Positions 20,940-30,617 of a stretch of DNA of 64,000 bases are shown here, piece by piece. This DNA comes from a virus. Taxonomy: Duplodnaviria; Caudoviricetes. The translations under genes and the position numbers were made by a program. Within the stretch, counting starts at the first letter, position 1. Each line of letters opens with the position of its first letter. The notes beneath the pieces were generated by a model. It worked only from the letters and a program-made list of their open reading frames with translations, made no database searches and was not told the DNA's origin. The DNA is taken from IMG/VR virus record IMGVR_UViG_3300020045_004441, positions 1-64,000 of that record, one strand, 5' to 3'.

Positions 20940-21721
20940 TTATATGTAATTTCAAATGATGTTTCTAATAGTTCATCTAAATCTTTAACGTTAGGTAGAA
21001 CCATTCTTAATTTAGCTTTAATAATATCTTTATAATCTTGACACAAATATGTCTTTCCAAGATATTCTACATTAACAGAATTAATATAGTTTATATTTGA
21101 GAATATGTCTATCTTAACATCATTAAAAGCTACTGGAGTTCTCTCTACGCCGCTTGGATCTGGTGGATATTTACATCCATAAGGATTGTCATAAATATCA
21201 TCATCGAGCATATATTCCCCCACACAAACTATATCTAAATCTTTAAACATAGTTCTAGTGATTTTGCCTTGAAGATATAGGGCTACTGATCCAGTTAAAT
21301 AAATATCACCAATCTCCTTCTTGCATAGATTATCAAATGCATCCAAGCATTCTTGAAGCGTATATTCTTCCTTAAGATTGTATCGAACTTCAGCCTTCTG
21401 CATCTTCTGCTCCATAGATAATCCACGTCTAGGCTTAATAGATTTCGGAATTTTTGATTCACCAGGTTTATATGCCTTAAAAGCATCTCTCATTGATTTT
21501 ACGTGTTCAGAATAAAAATCATCAACTTCATATGGAGACTTCTTTCTTGAATCATATTTATCTGAAGCAGTATTTATTTTTGGTGGATCAATATAGTCTA
21601 CTACAGATGTGTATCTACCTGGATCTATTGAGGTTCCCGGAGAATTGTATCTACTTCCAGGAACTATTACATTCCAAGAGAAATCTACATCTCCAATTTT
21701 AGGTTCTTCGCTTTTACTCAT
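20936..21721 (-). CDS. Nucleotidyltransferase (Pol beta superfamily) domain protein
   Basis: YLTGSVALYLQG...KDLDIV (GS plus DxD) with a later KIDIF third aspartate. Confidence 0.65.
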   Translation of the reverse strand: MSKSEEPKIGDVDFSWNVIVPGSRYNSPGTSIDPGRYTSVVDYIDPPKINTASDKYDSRKKSPYEVDDFYSEHVKSMRDAFKAYKPGESKIPKSIKPRRGLSMEQKMQKAEVRYNLKEEYTLQECLDAFDNLCKKEIGDIYLTGSVALYLQGKITRTMFKDLDIVCVGEYMLDDDIYDNPYGCKYPPDPSGVERTPVAFNDVKIDIFSNINYINSVNVEYLGKTYLCQDYKDIIKAKLRMVLPNVKDLDELLETSFEITYK

Positions 21722-21723
21722 AG

Positions 21724-22008
21724 TTAATCTTTAAATTCTTCAAATGATAACCAATCTTTAGATGCACAATATAATAAAATATATCCAGCCAAATCTATGA
21801 GATCATTTTTACGTAACTCACTGGAATTCATTATTCTGGCGGTCTTGTCGTCCATTCTCAAGGCAATGCTATTATCTGCATCTAATTTACTAAATATCTT
21901 TATTGGGCTTAAAGCTGAATCGCCATATTTTTCATTCTTATATTTAAGTAATGAATTCAACGATCCAGTTATTTGATCAATTTTCCATGCTGTATTTTTA
22001 TCTGTCAT
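21724..22008 (-). CDS. Nucleotide-modification-associated domain 1 (Nmad1/DUF1599-like)
   Basis: KNEKYGDS...RMDDKTARI...DLIDLAGY pattern. Confidence 0.7.
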   Translation of the reverse strand: MTDKNTAWKIDQITGSLNSLLKYKNEKYGDSALSPIKIFSKLDADNSIALRMDDKTARIMNSSELRKNDLIDLAGYILLYCASKDWLSFEEFKD

Positions 22009-22769
22009 TTACTTACAGTTAAATTATTAATTAATTCTTTTATGTCACAATAATTTTCTTCGGTAAAATTAATCTTATAAGGAGCGTTAAATTCACTCCC
22101 TTTGTATTGTAGAATAAGATTATATTGTGATCCAATCATCCTACTAAATACATATCCTCTAAGCAAAACCATAGATTCTGGATCTTTAATATCTAAGATT
22201 ATTGTACTAACGCTATCAGTGATTTCTATGTCCTCAATGGCCTTAAAATTGACGATTAAGAGACTTTCTTTATCTTTATTGTACGAACACTCACATAAAT
22301 AATATCGCCCCTTAAAAGCCTTAGAAATGAGCTTTTGATATTGCTCTCCAAATAAGAACATTCTACATTCGCTATCTGAATCCTTCCACAGAATTCTGGC
22401 ATAATTATTGCCAGCTAAAGATGTACAATATTCTATCGTATCAATTCTAGCAATAAATACAATTTTACCTTGGCTTTCCGACAATTCATTAATTGATCTA
22501 AGAGTGTTATTGCAAAATCTCTTTGAATGTAAAATATATCTATCCTGAATATTATACGTAAGAGCTACTCCCATTAAATCAACCTCGCGTTGTAATAATT
22601 CTTCATAGTTAACATTTTGAGGTGTTTTAAGATCTATGGTTTCATTCTTAGTCTCTGCAAATAACGATAGTTGATCTTTATTATTACGAGAACAACTTTT
22701 AATCAAGGATTCTGAGTTCTCGACTATAGTTGCTCTCCATAATAATTCATCTCTAATTTTCTGATTCAT
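22005..22769 (-). CDS. Stand-alone DnaE (Pol III alpha) C-terminal-like protein: clamp motif plus OB fold, no catalytic core
   Basis: QLSLF at 22659-22673, ELLQREVDLMG, GNNYARILWKD...CRMFLFGEQY resemble the DnaE C-terminus. Confidence 0.65.
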   Translation of the reverse strand: MNQKIRDELLWRATIVENSESLIKSCSRNNKDQLSLFAETKNETIDLKTPQNVNYEELLQREVDLMGVALTYNIQDRYILHSKRFCNNTLRSINELSESQGKIVFIARIDTIEYCTSLAGNNYARILWKDSDSECRMFLFGEQYQKLISKAFKGRYYLCECSYNKDKESLLIVNFKAIEDIEITDSVSTIILDIKDPESMVLLRGYVFSRMIGSQYNLILQYKGSEFNAPYKINFTEENYCDIKELINNLTVSK

Positions 22770-23647
22770 TAGAAGTGTTCAGCATTATATTCAGCTTGTT
22801 TAGCTTCTTCATTTGGATCAACACCAAAGTCTACGTGATATGGATTTGCAAATTTAATTTGTTCCATAATTCCACGGCCATGAGCAATTACTCTTCCGCC
22901 TCTAGTTGCTTCTGATATTCGTGTAGAATCTGCCACTGGCTGAGTGTCGCCATCTAATATGGCTTGTGCTTCAACTATTGCACGCATTTCACTGACGGCA
23001 TATCTTATTTCAAGAGCATCGTCCTCCTCTTCATCCTCATCATGCTCGCCATTAGGTTCTTCATCTTCAGTCTCATCATCACTAAATTCCATACTTTGCC
23101 AACCTGACTCGGTTGATTTTTCCAATAGATCAATTTCAAATCCAATTAATGTATTGCCAGAACGTTTATTTCTAAATGGATCTAAAATTGTTATTCCATT
23201 GATTAATTGAAATAATCTATCTCCAGTAGAACCGGTATTGGTATAGAATAATACTTTTGAATATCTATCATTCTTTTTAATGTCAGCTAGAAATTGATCC
23301 ATAGCATTAAGAAAATCTGCTTTTGACATATCGCCATTAGCAGAGAAATTCTTAATGATTGCGATTCCACAGCATTCTGGGAACGGTATTTGATCAAATC
23401 TCATAGCTGTCTCACCGTTGATTTTGTAACGATAAACCCTACTGTCACCATAAGATCTATTTCTATCAGTAATATCAATATCTAATTCATTTCCTTTCAT
23501 TATTTCAGTTGATTTTGTTTTTATTTCATCAAAATATGATTCTTTAATCCAACTTCTTGGGATTGTTGTATTGCCGCCAATAAAAATATCTCTCATTATG
23601 GAATCTAGTCTTTCTATAGTGAGATTTTGATATGTAAATTCATTCAT
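22769..23647 (-). CDS. Hypothetical protein with CCG...NxxSGN domain and acidic tract
   Basis: ECCGIAII...FRNKRSGN; EDEEPNGEHDEDEEEDD. Confidence 0.7.
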   Translation of the reverse strand: MNEFTYQNLTIERLDSIMRDIFIGGNTTIPRSWIKESYFDEIKTKSTEIMKGNELDIDITDRNRSYGDSRVYRYKINGETAMRFDQIPFPECCGIAIIKNFSANGDMSKADFLNAMDQFLADIKKNDRYSKVLFYTNTGSTGDRLFQLINGITILDPFRNKRSGNTLIGFEIDLLEKSTESGWQSMEFSDDETEDEEPNGEHDEDEEEDDALEIRYAVSEMRAIVEAQAILDGDTQPVADSTRISEATRGGRVIAHGRGIMEQIKFANPYHVDFGVDPNEEAKQAEYNAEHF

Positions 23648-23653
23648 ATTAAG

Positions 23654-24238
23654 TTACTTCACATCCATTTCCACCAGACATGACTCGTGCTTGTTATTTT
23701 CTGAAATCATCGTGCATATTTTTATAAAATAATCATTGTTAAATACATTCTTCATTCTGTTGATATCTTTATGAACCCATTGTACATTTCCATCTACATA
23801 CCCCAATGAAGAGTCTATTCTATCTAGAGAGGCTGTTCCTGATCTATCTTTTGACCTGGTTGGAAAATGTAATTCTATTCCAGACAATGCACACTTTTTA
23901 TTCTGTTTCAAGAATAAATCCCAAATATATTCTTTAGATATAGATAATTCAACTGGAGCCCGGCTCCCTTTATCTCCATTGGCACTTCTTTCTATGCTGT
24001 GTCTCCAAAAGTTTCCAGAAATGTCTCCAATTCCAGTCCATTTGGGATGTGATTTCCCAACCGGCCTATCACATCCACAAGACTTAGTATTGCCCTGAAT
24101 TAAATGGGTTCCAAGAACGTCGGTTTTATTTCCACACTCACATAGACATCTATATCGTATGTGTCCATTTCTGGTCTTTGAGTTTATCTCTTCTACTATA
24201 AGCTTACCAAATTTTAATCCTCTTAAATCTTTTCTCAT
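23654..24238 (-). CDS. HNH-type homing endonuclease
   Basis: DLRGLKFGKL, CLCECG, SCGC, KCALSG, SLDRIDSSLGYVDGNVQWVH. Start moved to MRKDL (24238). Confidence 0.85.
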   Translation of the reverse strand: MRKDLRGLKFGKLIVEEINSKTRNGHIRYRCLCECGNKTDVLGTHLIQGNTKSCGCDRPVGKSHPKWTGIGDISGNFWRHSIERSANGDKGSRAPVELSISKEYIWDLFLKQNKKCALSGIELHFPTRSKDRSGTASLDRIDSSLGYVDGNVQWVHKDINRMKNVFNNDYFIKICTMISENNKHESCLVEMDVK

Positions 24239-24258
24239 ATACTCACATTTTATTAATG

Positions 24259-24289
24259 CAAATATAGTAAAAATATGCGAGAATGCAAA
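24259..24289 (-). promoter_or_regulatory. Bacteroidetes-type primary-sigma promoter for the HNH gene
   Basis: TTTG-N19-TATATTTG on the minus strand. Confidence 0.65.
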
Positions 24290-24290
24290 A

Positions 24291-26168
24291 TCAGATAACC
24301 TCACACGAACCGCTTCCTCCACAAGCAACCTCTCCCATTAAAGATGTTTCATCATACCCTTCGATAACTTTAGTTAAATCTACATTTTTAAGATTAACTA
24401 TTGCTGCATCATACTCTTCTTTAGTGCAAGATTCAAATGGAGCCTGAATATATGAATGATTATCATGTGGCAATACAGCAATTCCACTGTATGTTTTACG
24501 ATTATTCCACATCCATCCAGCAACCTCATCCCATTCATTGTCTCTGATAGATACAGTACAACTCACATTATGCTGATTATATCCACTTCTAAATCCAGGA
24601 TTAACCCATTGTTCTGTAACAGCTTTAACTCTAGTAAGTAAATCTATCGCAGATTCATTTCTAATAATAGAACCTTCTGGAGCTTTTTGTGGGATCTTAA
24701 TAATTGCAGTTGTTGATGCATTAAAGAAATCATCTTCAAGTAATTCTGGATTATTATTAAGTAAATATCCATAAATACTTTCATTTTTATTCACTCGCAT
24801 TCTTCTCCAATAGTAATTATCGTGCCAAGCATGAATTCCGCTAGAAGTTCCCAATACTAAGCTAGTTGTACCGGCCGGCTTAACGGTCGTTATTCTTGCA
24901 GCTCGCCTAATGCCAATTCTATCAGCATATTCAGCGTTTGTATCGACGGCAATAGAGGCCGCTTCTTCAAGATTATAATTAAACACTTTCATCGAAGCAA
25001 TTCCAGTCATTGAAACGCCCAGTAAAGCATCTTTCTCGCAATTAGTCTTCCAAGAATCTCGCAAATAATGAAAATCTGTATATGAAGCCTGTAATGTTCC
25101 AATTATAGATGCGGCCCTAACTCGATCATTCAAATCTTGTTGAGATTCAATATTTGAAACATTAACTTCAGTCAAATTGCAACATGCTGTGTCTCTGAGA
25201 CTTATCTCGTGGCACGGGTTGAATCCCATCTCTGGATTATTAGTCCAAGATATTCCTGGCTCCCCTGCGCCTGAAGCTTTAATATAATTCCATAACTTCA
25301 AGAAGTCTTCTTTTTTAACTCTAGATCTAACAACTACTGCACTGTTATTTGCTAATCTAAAGTGAGGATTTGTGTCCCACCAATTGCCAGATTTACATGA
25401 AAGCATGTCTGTATCATCAATTGTAAACAATGCTATTAGCGATGCTCTTCTTATTCCACCCGACAATACTGCATCTGCGATGTGACACATAATTGAATGT
25501 GCCTCCAGTGTTGATAATTGATCTCCATCATTTTTAGACTCAAGAATTCCTTGAATTTTGACCAAGCACTCTCTTAGCGGCCTAGCTCCAGGAGCTTTTC
25601 CACCTGATGTAATTAATAATGAGCCCTTAGCTCTAATTTCTCTAAAATCAAAATCTATAGATGAATTTGATAATCCAAAATACGATTTTATCAAAACCTT
25701 AACTGCATCTGCCCACCCCTGAATACTATCAGATATAACATATCTACGGCGTCTGTTGATATTAGGCTTTCTAATTAATGGAAGCTTGGCTACGTGATGC
25801 TTCTGTACAGAATATCCCAGCCCACAGCCGCTTAGCAATAAAAACATTGCTTCCTGAAATATTCTTATATCGTTAACTGCGGCATAAGAGCAGTTATACA
25901 ATCTTGCTGGGTTGATTTTGGCTGCCTTACCAGCAAACTGAAGACTCCTCATCGACGGAAGAACCTTCTTGTCATACACGTATTGATACGCATCTCGAAT
26001 GTCTTTTTGTAATGATGGAAACTTCTCAATATGCATTTCCATATTACGAGTAACTATTTCACTCCAAGACTCTCGCCTATTCTTTTCGGGTAAAAACCTA
26101 GCATATTTATTAAAAATAGTGATTTCACTCAATATCTCTCTGCTCACATCTCTCTCACTATCGCTCAT
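24291..26168 (-). CDS. nrdJ: Class II (B12-dependent) ribonucleotide reductase, monomeric type
   Basis: PSMRSLQ, NPCHEISL (NxCxE), TVKPAGTTS, C-terminal CGGSGSCEV. Confidence 0.92.
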   Translation of the reverse strand: MSDSERDVSREILSEITIFNKYARFLPEKNRRESWSEIVTRNMEMHIEKFPSLQKDIRDAYQYVYDKKVLPSMRSLQFAGKAAKINPARLYNCSYAAVNDIRIFQEAMFLLLSGCGLGYSVQKHHVAKLPLIRKPNINRRRRYVISDSIQGWADAVKVLIKSYFGLSNSSIDFDFREIRAKGSLLITSGGKAPGARPLRECLVKIQGILESKNDGDQLSTLEAHSIMCHIADAVLSGGIRRASLIALFTIDDTDMLSCKSGNWWDTNPHFRLANNSAVVVRSRVKKEDFLKLWNYIKASGAGEPGISWTNNPEMGFNPCHEISLRDTACCNLTEVNVSNIESQQDLNDRVRAASIIGTLQASYTDFHYLRDSWKTNCEKDALLGVSMTGIASMKVFNYNLEEAASIAVDTNAEYADRIGIRRAARITTVKPAGTTSLVLGTSSGIHAWHDNYYWRRMRVNKNESIYGYLLNNNPELLEDDFFNASTTAIIKIPQKAPEGSIIRNESAIDLLTRVKAVTEQWVNPGFRSGYNQHNVSCTVSIRDNEWDEVAGWMWNNRKTYSGIAVLPHDNHSYIQAPFESCTKEEYDAAIVNLKNVDLTKVIEGYDETSLMGEVACGGSGSCEVI

Positions 26169-26178
26169 ATCAATCTCC

Positions 26179-26826
26179 TTAATTAGTTATGTGATCCATT
26201 AAATCTAAAATTATCTCCTCTGGAGTCTTATTATCCTGATTAAGCACTTCCAGTAATTCATTTTTAGAAAACTTAGGTTTATCATCTGGCAGCAATTCTG
26301 GCTCTGGAATATACCTTTCAAATTGACTAAAATGAAATCCAAGCGCCTTATCATCTCCATGATCATTTCTACTAGTCACAACATCGTAACCTCTGTAATT
26401 AGGATCTGTAACTCTAAGCCTTTTATCGCGATATGTACTATTCTTATCTGTTACGAGAATTATATCTCCAACAGCATATTTTTCATTAGCTTTCACTGGA
26501 ATTGGTCTCATTGGCTTCTGTTGTTTAATTTTAACTGGCTCTTGTGCAGAATAAGCATCCTCGTTGCCAGAATTGTAAAAATCTTGAATTGTAGCCACTT
26601 CAACGCCATCTAATCCAATTAGGAATGCCTCATATGACGAGTCTAATATCGTGAGAATTGTAGTCCCAGAAAAATTAGGATGACTTTGTTCTTTGACAAC
26701 TCTATAAAATTTATCTCTAATTGGTAATACATTGTTTGTTATATTAGCTCCCCAAAATCCCGCGTCAAGCGTTGCCCCTAAAGTTGGATATGTACATCCA
26801 GGATCTATTACTTTAACGTAATCCAT
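26179..26826 (-). CDS. Hypothetical protein
   Basis: 215-aa ORF. Confidence 0.65.
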   Translation of the reverse strand: MDYVKVIDPGCTYPTLGATLDAGFWGANITNNVLPIRDKFYRVVKEQSHPNFSGTTILTILDSSYEAFLIGLDGVEVATIQDFYNSGNEDAYSAQEPVKIKQQKPMRPIPVKANEKYAVGDIILVTDKNSTYRDKRLRVTDPNYRGYDVVTSRNDHGDDKALGFHFSQFERYIPEPELLPDDKPKFSKNELLEVLNQDNKTPEEIILDLMDHITN

Positions 26827-26828
26827 AT

Positions 26829-27335
26829 TTAAATGTAAAATGTTTCTAATATTTTATCTGGTATAGAGCTTAACTCCATATCCTTATCAATAGTTAATGC
26901 TAATCGTTTCTCCAGGTCTTTTCTAAGGAGTTCATCCTTATCTAAGACTCGCTTAACTCTATCAGCATCTTTATATTTATGAATATCCAATATGTATTTA
27001 ACTATTAAATCCTTAGCTTCTTGTCTAAACTCAGAGAATTTGCCTCGTTGATAACAATTATATTCATGTAAATATTCATCTGGGAATTTAAATACAATAG
27101 AAGCCGTATCATCTTCCTCTATGTAATCCTGACAATATTCATTTGCCTTAAGCTCTTGAATATATGCCAAGAATCCTTCATTATCATTAGATAGGTATGA
27201 AATTATAATGATATTGCCAACGTCGCCACCGAAATGATGAGTATAAACATTATCAAGCATTACATAATAATCTCCATCTATCTTGCAATATTCATTTAGT
27301 AGTGGTATTAAATAACTATAACTTTTATTCAGCAT
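26829..27335 (-). CDS. Hypothetical protein
   Basis: 168-aa ORF. Confidence 0.7.
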   Translation of the reverse strand: MLNKSYSYLIPLLNEYCKIDGDYYVMLDNVYTHHFGGDVGNIIIISYLSNDNEGFLAYIQELKANEYCQDYIEEDDTASIVFKFPDEYLHEYNCYQRGKFSEFRQEAKDLIVKYILDIHKYKDADRVKRVLDKDELLRKDLEKRLALTIDKDMELSSIPDKILETFYI

Positions 27336-27377
27336 ATCTTTCTCTCCAATCTTTACGTCGCTTAATATAGTTATAAA

Positions 27378-27575
27378 TCATATATGGATACTATCAATTG
27401 TAAATTGAGGCGTTATGTCGTCTTTATTTAATCTCATTGGAACCGACAGCTCATCGTTATCATACCTCAACTTTAACATGTCGATTATGTCATCTTCAAA
27501 TAATTTTAAATGTTGTATTGATACAATCTTGCCTTCTTTGTCTTTGAGCCAATAATCTATATCTATTTGTAGCAT
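27378..27575 (-). CDS. Hypothetical protein
   Basis: 65-aa ORF. Confidence 0.55.
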   Translation of the reverse strand: MLQIDIDYWLKDKEGKIVSIQHLKLFEDDIIDMLKLRYDNDELSVPMRLNKDDITPQFTIDSIHI

Positions 27576-27576
27576 A

Positions 27577-28575
27577 TTATAATTCTAATATTTTATTTTC
27601 AATAAATTTTCTATCAACCTCAACCTCTGGATTCTGAGAATAAAACATATAATCATCTAATAATTCATATACACCTTTTTCTTTCTCGCCAAAGACATTT
27701 TCAAAGCCATATAGCCCCTTTTTATGCCATTCTGAGCCCATATTCCAAATGAATGGGAATTTGTCTGACCTAGAATAAACAATGAATTTAAAGTCCTCTA
27801 ATGCATATCCAAGCTGAAGTTCATCTCGCATCCAATTTGATAGAGCCTCTTTGTAAAGGCTACCCTGTAGGTAATATCCCATTTTAACAAAATGATGTTT
27901 AAACGCTGGCATATGCATCTCAGTAGCCTTAAGATCGTATGGAGTTACTGTTTTGTTTAAATTATCAATAATTACTAAATCGAGCATAGTCTTCACTTGA
28001 ACGCCATTAATTTCAGCTATAATCATCACTTGAGTCAAAACTTCAATATCTTTACTAGGATTAAATATCCACGAAGTATTTGGATGTGATTTAATGATCA
28101 TTTCAGCATCACAACATTCAGCTAGTGTATCTGGAGTGAATATGGTTTTTCCAGCAGAGTCAACTCTTGCTTGAATATAATTCCAGAATAAATCTGTATC
28201 AAACTTAGCTATACGCTTGTCGTAATCTTTAACTCCACCGAATAGTCCTAATGCTTGAGATACAGCCTCAACGCTCACATTATTTTTAATATAATTATTG
28301 AGTTCTTCAGGTTCGTTTTTAATTAGGTAATCTGCCAGCTCTAATAACTGTGCTGTTGGCTTCTCTGCTGCATCAAAATAGAACTTATTATCGAACTCAT
28401 GTGCTGTAATTAATTTACAATCTAGTAAGCTACCAAAATCTATTGCTTCAGAGTCATACTTTTTAGAGTACTTTAAGGCTCTTGGGCCACTCTCATCTAT
28501 CCTTTTGAGCAATGAATAAGAGGGCATTGGTAGCCCCCTATATTCACTCTCAGATATATTAAGTCTTTCTGTCAT
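27577..28575 (-). CDS. PD-(D/E)XK nuclease (RecE/ExoVIII-like)
   Basis: SYSLLK, FGSLLD, KTMLDLV...YDLKAT, YYLQGSLY. Confidence 0.8.
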   Translation of the reverse strand: MTERLNISESEYRGLPMPSYSLLKRIDESGPRALKYSKKYDSEAIDFGSLLDCKLITAHEFDNKFYFDAAEKPTAQLLELADYLIKNEPEELNNYIKNNVSVEAVSQALGLFGGVKDYDKRIAKFDTDLFWNYIQARVDSAGKTIFTPDTLAECCDAEMIIKSHPNTSWIFNPSKDIEVLTQVMIIAEINGVQVKTMLDLVIIDNLNKTVTPYDLKATEMHMPAFKHHFVKMGYYLQGSLYKEALSNWMRDELQLGYALEDFKFIVYSRSDKFPFIWNMGSEWHKKGLYGFENVFGEKEKGVYELLDDYMFYSQNPEVEVDRKFIENKILEL

Positions 28576-28945
28576 TAATTTCTATGCATTTATCTAAATT
28601 AATTTTTACCAAACATAAAACCATATTACTTCCATTCGTACTGATATACTCAATCTTTTGAATATCCTTACATAATGGTTTTAATTTTGGTAATATTTTT
28701 TCTGCCATTATATACTGTAGGTCAATAACCATCTGGGTTTTATCTGTAACCCTACATGCCGTTTCGAGAAATAAACTTAACTCAGGATCACTTAAATGTC
28801 GCAATTGTTTGGCCTGCATTAGGCTGAATGTTTGACAATTACCAAATGGGCTGTGCACTATTTGAATAGTATCACATAATCCATCATAGTCAACAGCCCA
28901 TATTTTAGGATGTACCCTGCTTATTAGTTCTACTTTAAATTCCAT
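28559..28945 (-). CDS. Hypothetical protein
   Basis: 128 aa; GNCQTFS...YISTNGSNM. Confidence 0.65.
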   Translation of the reverse strand: MEFKVELISRVHPKIWAVDYDGLCDTIQIVHSPFGNCQTFSLMQAKQLRHLSDPELSLFLETACRVTDKTQMVIDLQYIMAEKILPKLKPLCKDIQKIEYISTNGSNMVLCLVKINLDKCIEINDRKT

Positions 28946-28947
28946 AA

Positions 28948-29181
28948 CTATGAATTAAGTTCATAATACTCCATTGTTTTATTATACAGATTATCAGCAA
29001 TTTCTTCAGCCTTTGAATTATCCATCTCAGCAAAGTAATCAACGAGTTCATCGCTGATTATCCTTGCCGTATCAAGATTATTAGAATTGATGTTCTTCTT
29101 ATATATATTAATGACATCTTTATTGTTTTTAGACATTAAGACCATTAACATATCTGCAATTCTAAATAGTTCGTCTTTCAT
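28948..29181 (-). CDS. Hypothetical protein
   Basis: 77-aa ORF. Confidence 0.6.
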   Translation of the reverse strand: MKDELFRIADMLMVLMSKNNKDVINIYKKNINSNNLDTARIISDELVDYFAEMDNSKAEEIADNLYNKTMEYYELNS

Positions 29182-30617
29182 CCTAAAACACTATAAGGTG
29201 GCACAATTAAATCCTCAAGAAGTTCTTTATCTCCCTGAGCATCCATATTAACCATATAATCCTTCCGCCATTGCACATATCCACTTAAAATTGTTGCCAA
29301 TTCTGGTAAATATACGTCGCTGAATATAGAATTTAAGTTAACAGTTCTCAAATCACTAAAATTAGCAATCTCATCTTTATGTTTTTCAACATAAGCCATT
29401 ACAGCATTACAGATAAATAGCCAATTAAGCATTTTGTGAGGGTTCTGAGTGATTGTATGAAGTCTGAATTCATGCGTGCCCGATCCACCCCAAATCATTG
29501 GTATACAGTTAGTTATGAAATATCTCTGAGAAATATTCCATTTCTGTCTGTTCTCTCTATCTAGAGGATGATTCTTTACACCAAATCCTTCAAAATGACC
29601 ATTACCTCCAGAATAAAAATTATATAATGCTTCAAAATTCTGATCAACAGTATTATTTTTCAATAATCTAATGTTCTTAATTGGAGCACAATAATCTTTC
29701 TCTTTGAATTTATTTTCAGATGTGAACTGATAATTACTTGGAAACATACTATAAAGCTCATCCTGAATTCTCAGCATAACTCTATGCATTGCTACAACAA
29801 ACGCTTTAGATGGAGCATATCCGCCAATATGTAAATGAAGAGAACATTTCTTACCTATAGTGGTATATTTCTGAATTAAATCAGCAATATCAACCATAGT
29901 ATGAACACCTTTCTCTCCACTTAATGGGATTGTTGTGAATTCAAATGGCTCAATACCATCGTGTCTTAAACTGCCATCTCTAAGTGGAATTAATCCATTC
30001 TTAAAGCATTTCTGTTCAGGTATATAACCATCAGCAGTCTCCACTTCAAAGCCAAACGTCTTGTCATTCAGCTCTTTAGCGAATTTGGCTAGTTTTGGAA
30101 GATACTTACTTGGCGTATAAGCCTTATCATAAGCTTCTTTGAATTGCTTAATCTTAGGCCCAGCACTGTAAGATAAATCAAATGAATATCTAGCGCCAAT
30201 GCCTTTCTTATTAAGTCGCTCGTTAGATAGCTTGCCTTTAGGATAGAATGTTCCGGTGGAAATCTCTTCAACGAATCCAAGTTTATTTGGAATCTCATCA
30301 GAAATACATATTACATCATTCATCCTAACGTTCTTTAGTGGATTTGGAGAGAAATAACCATTAATGGCAACTCCCTTATCGTCAACTCCAACAATGCCCT
30401 CATATAGCTCAGTGTTTTCTAATAGAACCCACCTCTGAGCCTCATGGTCAAATGCGATTAATCCATTGTTAATTCTGTGCCATTTATTATCTGGCATCAA
30501 AAAACAATCTACATTAATCTCATAATATTCATTTTTAATATAACGACATTTATTTCTTGGAACTAATTTACCATTAACAGTTGTTACTGTAAAATCTTTT
30601 GTATTAGAAATTGTCAT
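29178..30617 (-). CDS. Putative amidoligase (Amidoligase_2, glutamine-synthetase-like fold)
   Basis: TFGFEVET, DGSL, EPFEFTT, CSLHLHIG, THEFRLH. Confidence 0.8.
   Translation of the reverse strand: MTISNTKDFTVTTVNGKLVPRNKCRYIKNEYYEINVDCFLMPDNKWHRINNGLIAFDHEAQRWVLLENTELYEGIVGVDDKGVAINGYFSPNPLKNVRMNDVICISDEIPNKLGFVEEISTGTFYPKGKLSNERLNKKGIGARYSFDLSYSAGPKIKQFKEAYDKAYTPSKYLPKLAKFAKELNDKTFGFEVETADGYIPEQKCFKNGLIPLRDGSLRHDGIEPFEFTTIPLSGEKGVHTMVDIADLIQKYTTIGKKCSLHLHIGGYAPSKAFVVAMHRVMLRIQDELYSMFPSNYQFTSENKFKEKDYCAPIKNIRLLKNNTVDQNFEALYNFYSGGNGHFEGFGVKNHPLDRENRQKWNISQRYFITNCIPMIWGGSGTHEFRLHTITQNPHKMLNWLFICNAVMAYVEKHKDEIANFSDLRTVNLNSIFSDVYLPELATILSGYVQWRKDYMVNMDAQGDKELLEDLIVPPYSVLG

Noticed and set aside
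22005-23647. Frameshifted or read-through full-length DnaE
   Set aside because: The upstream ORF has no PHP or polymerase motifs and is joined by an ordinary TAATG coupling.
23654-26168. Group I intron in nrdJ hosting the HNH gene
   Set aside because: nrdJ is continuous to its C-terminal Cys pair, and the HNH gene is downstream and free-standing. The other endonuclease genes also lie between intact genes.
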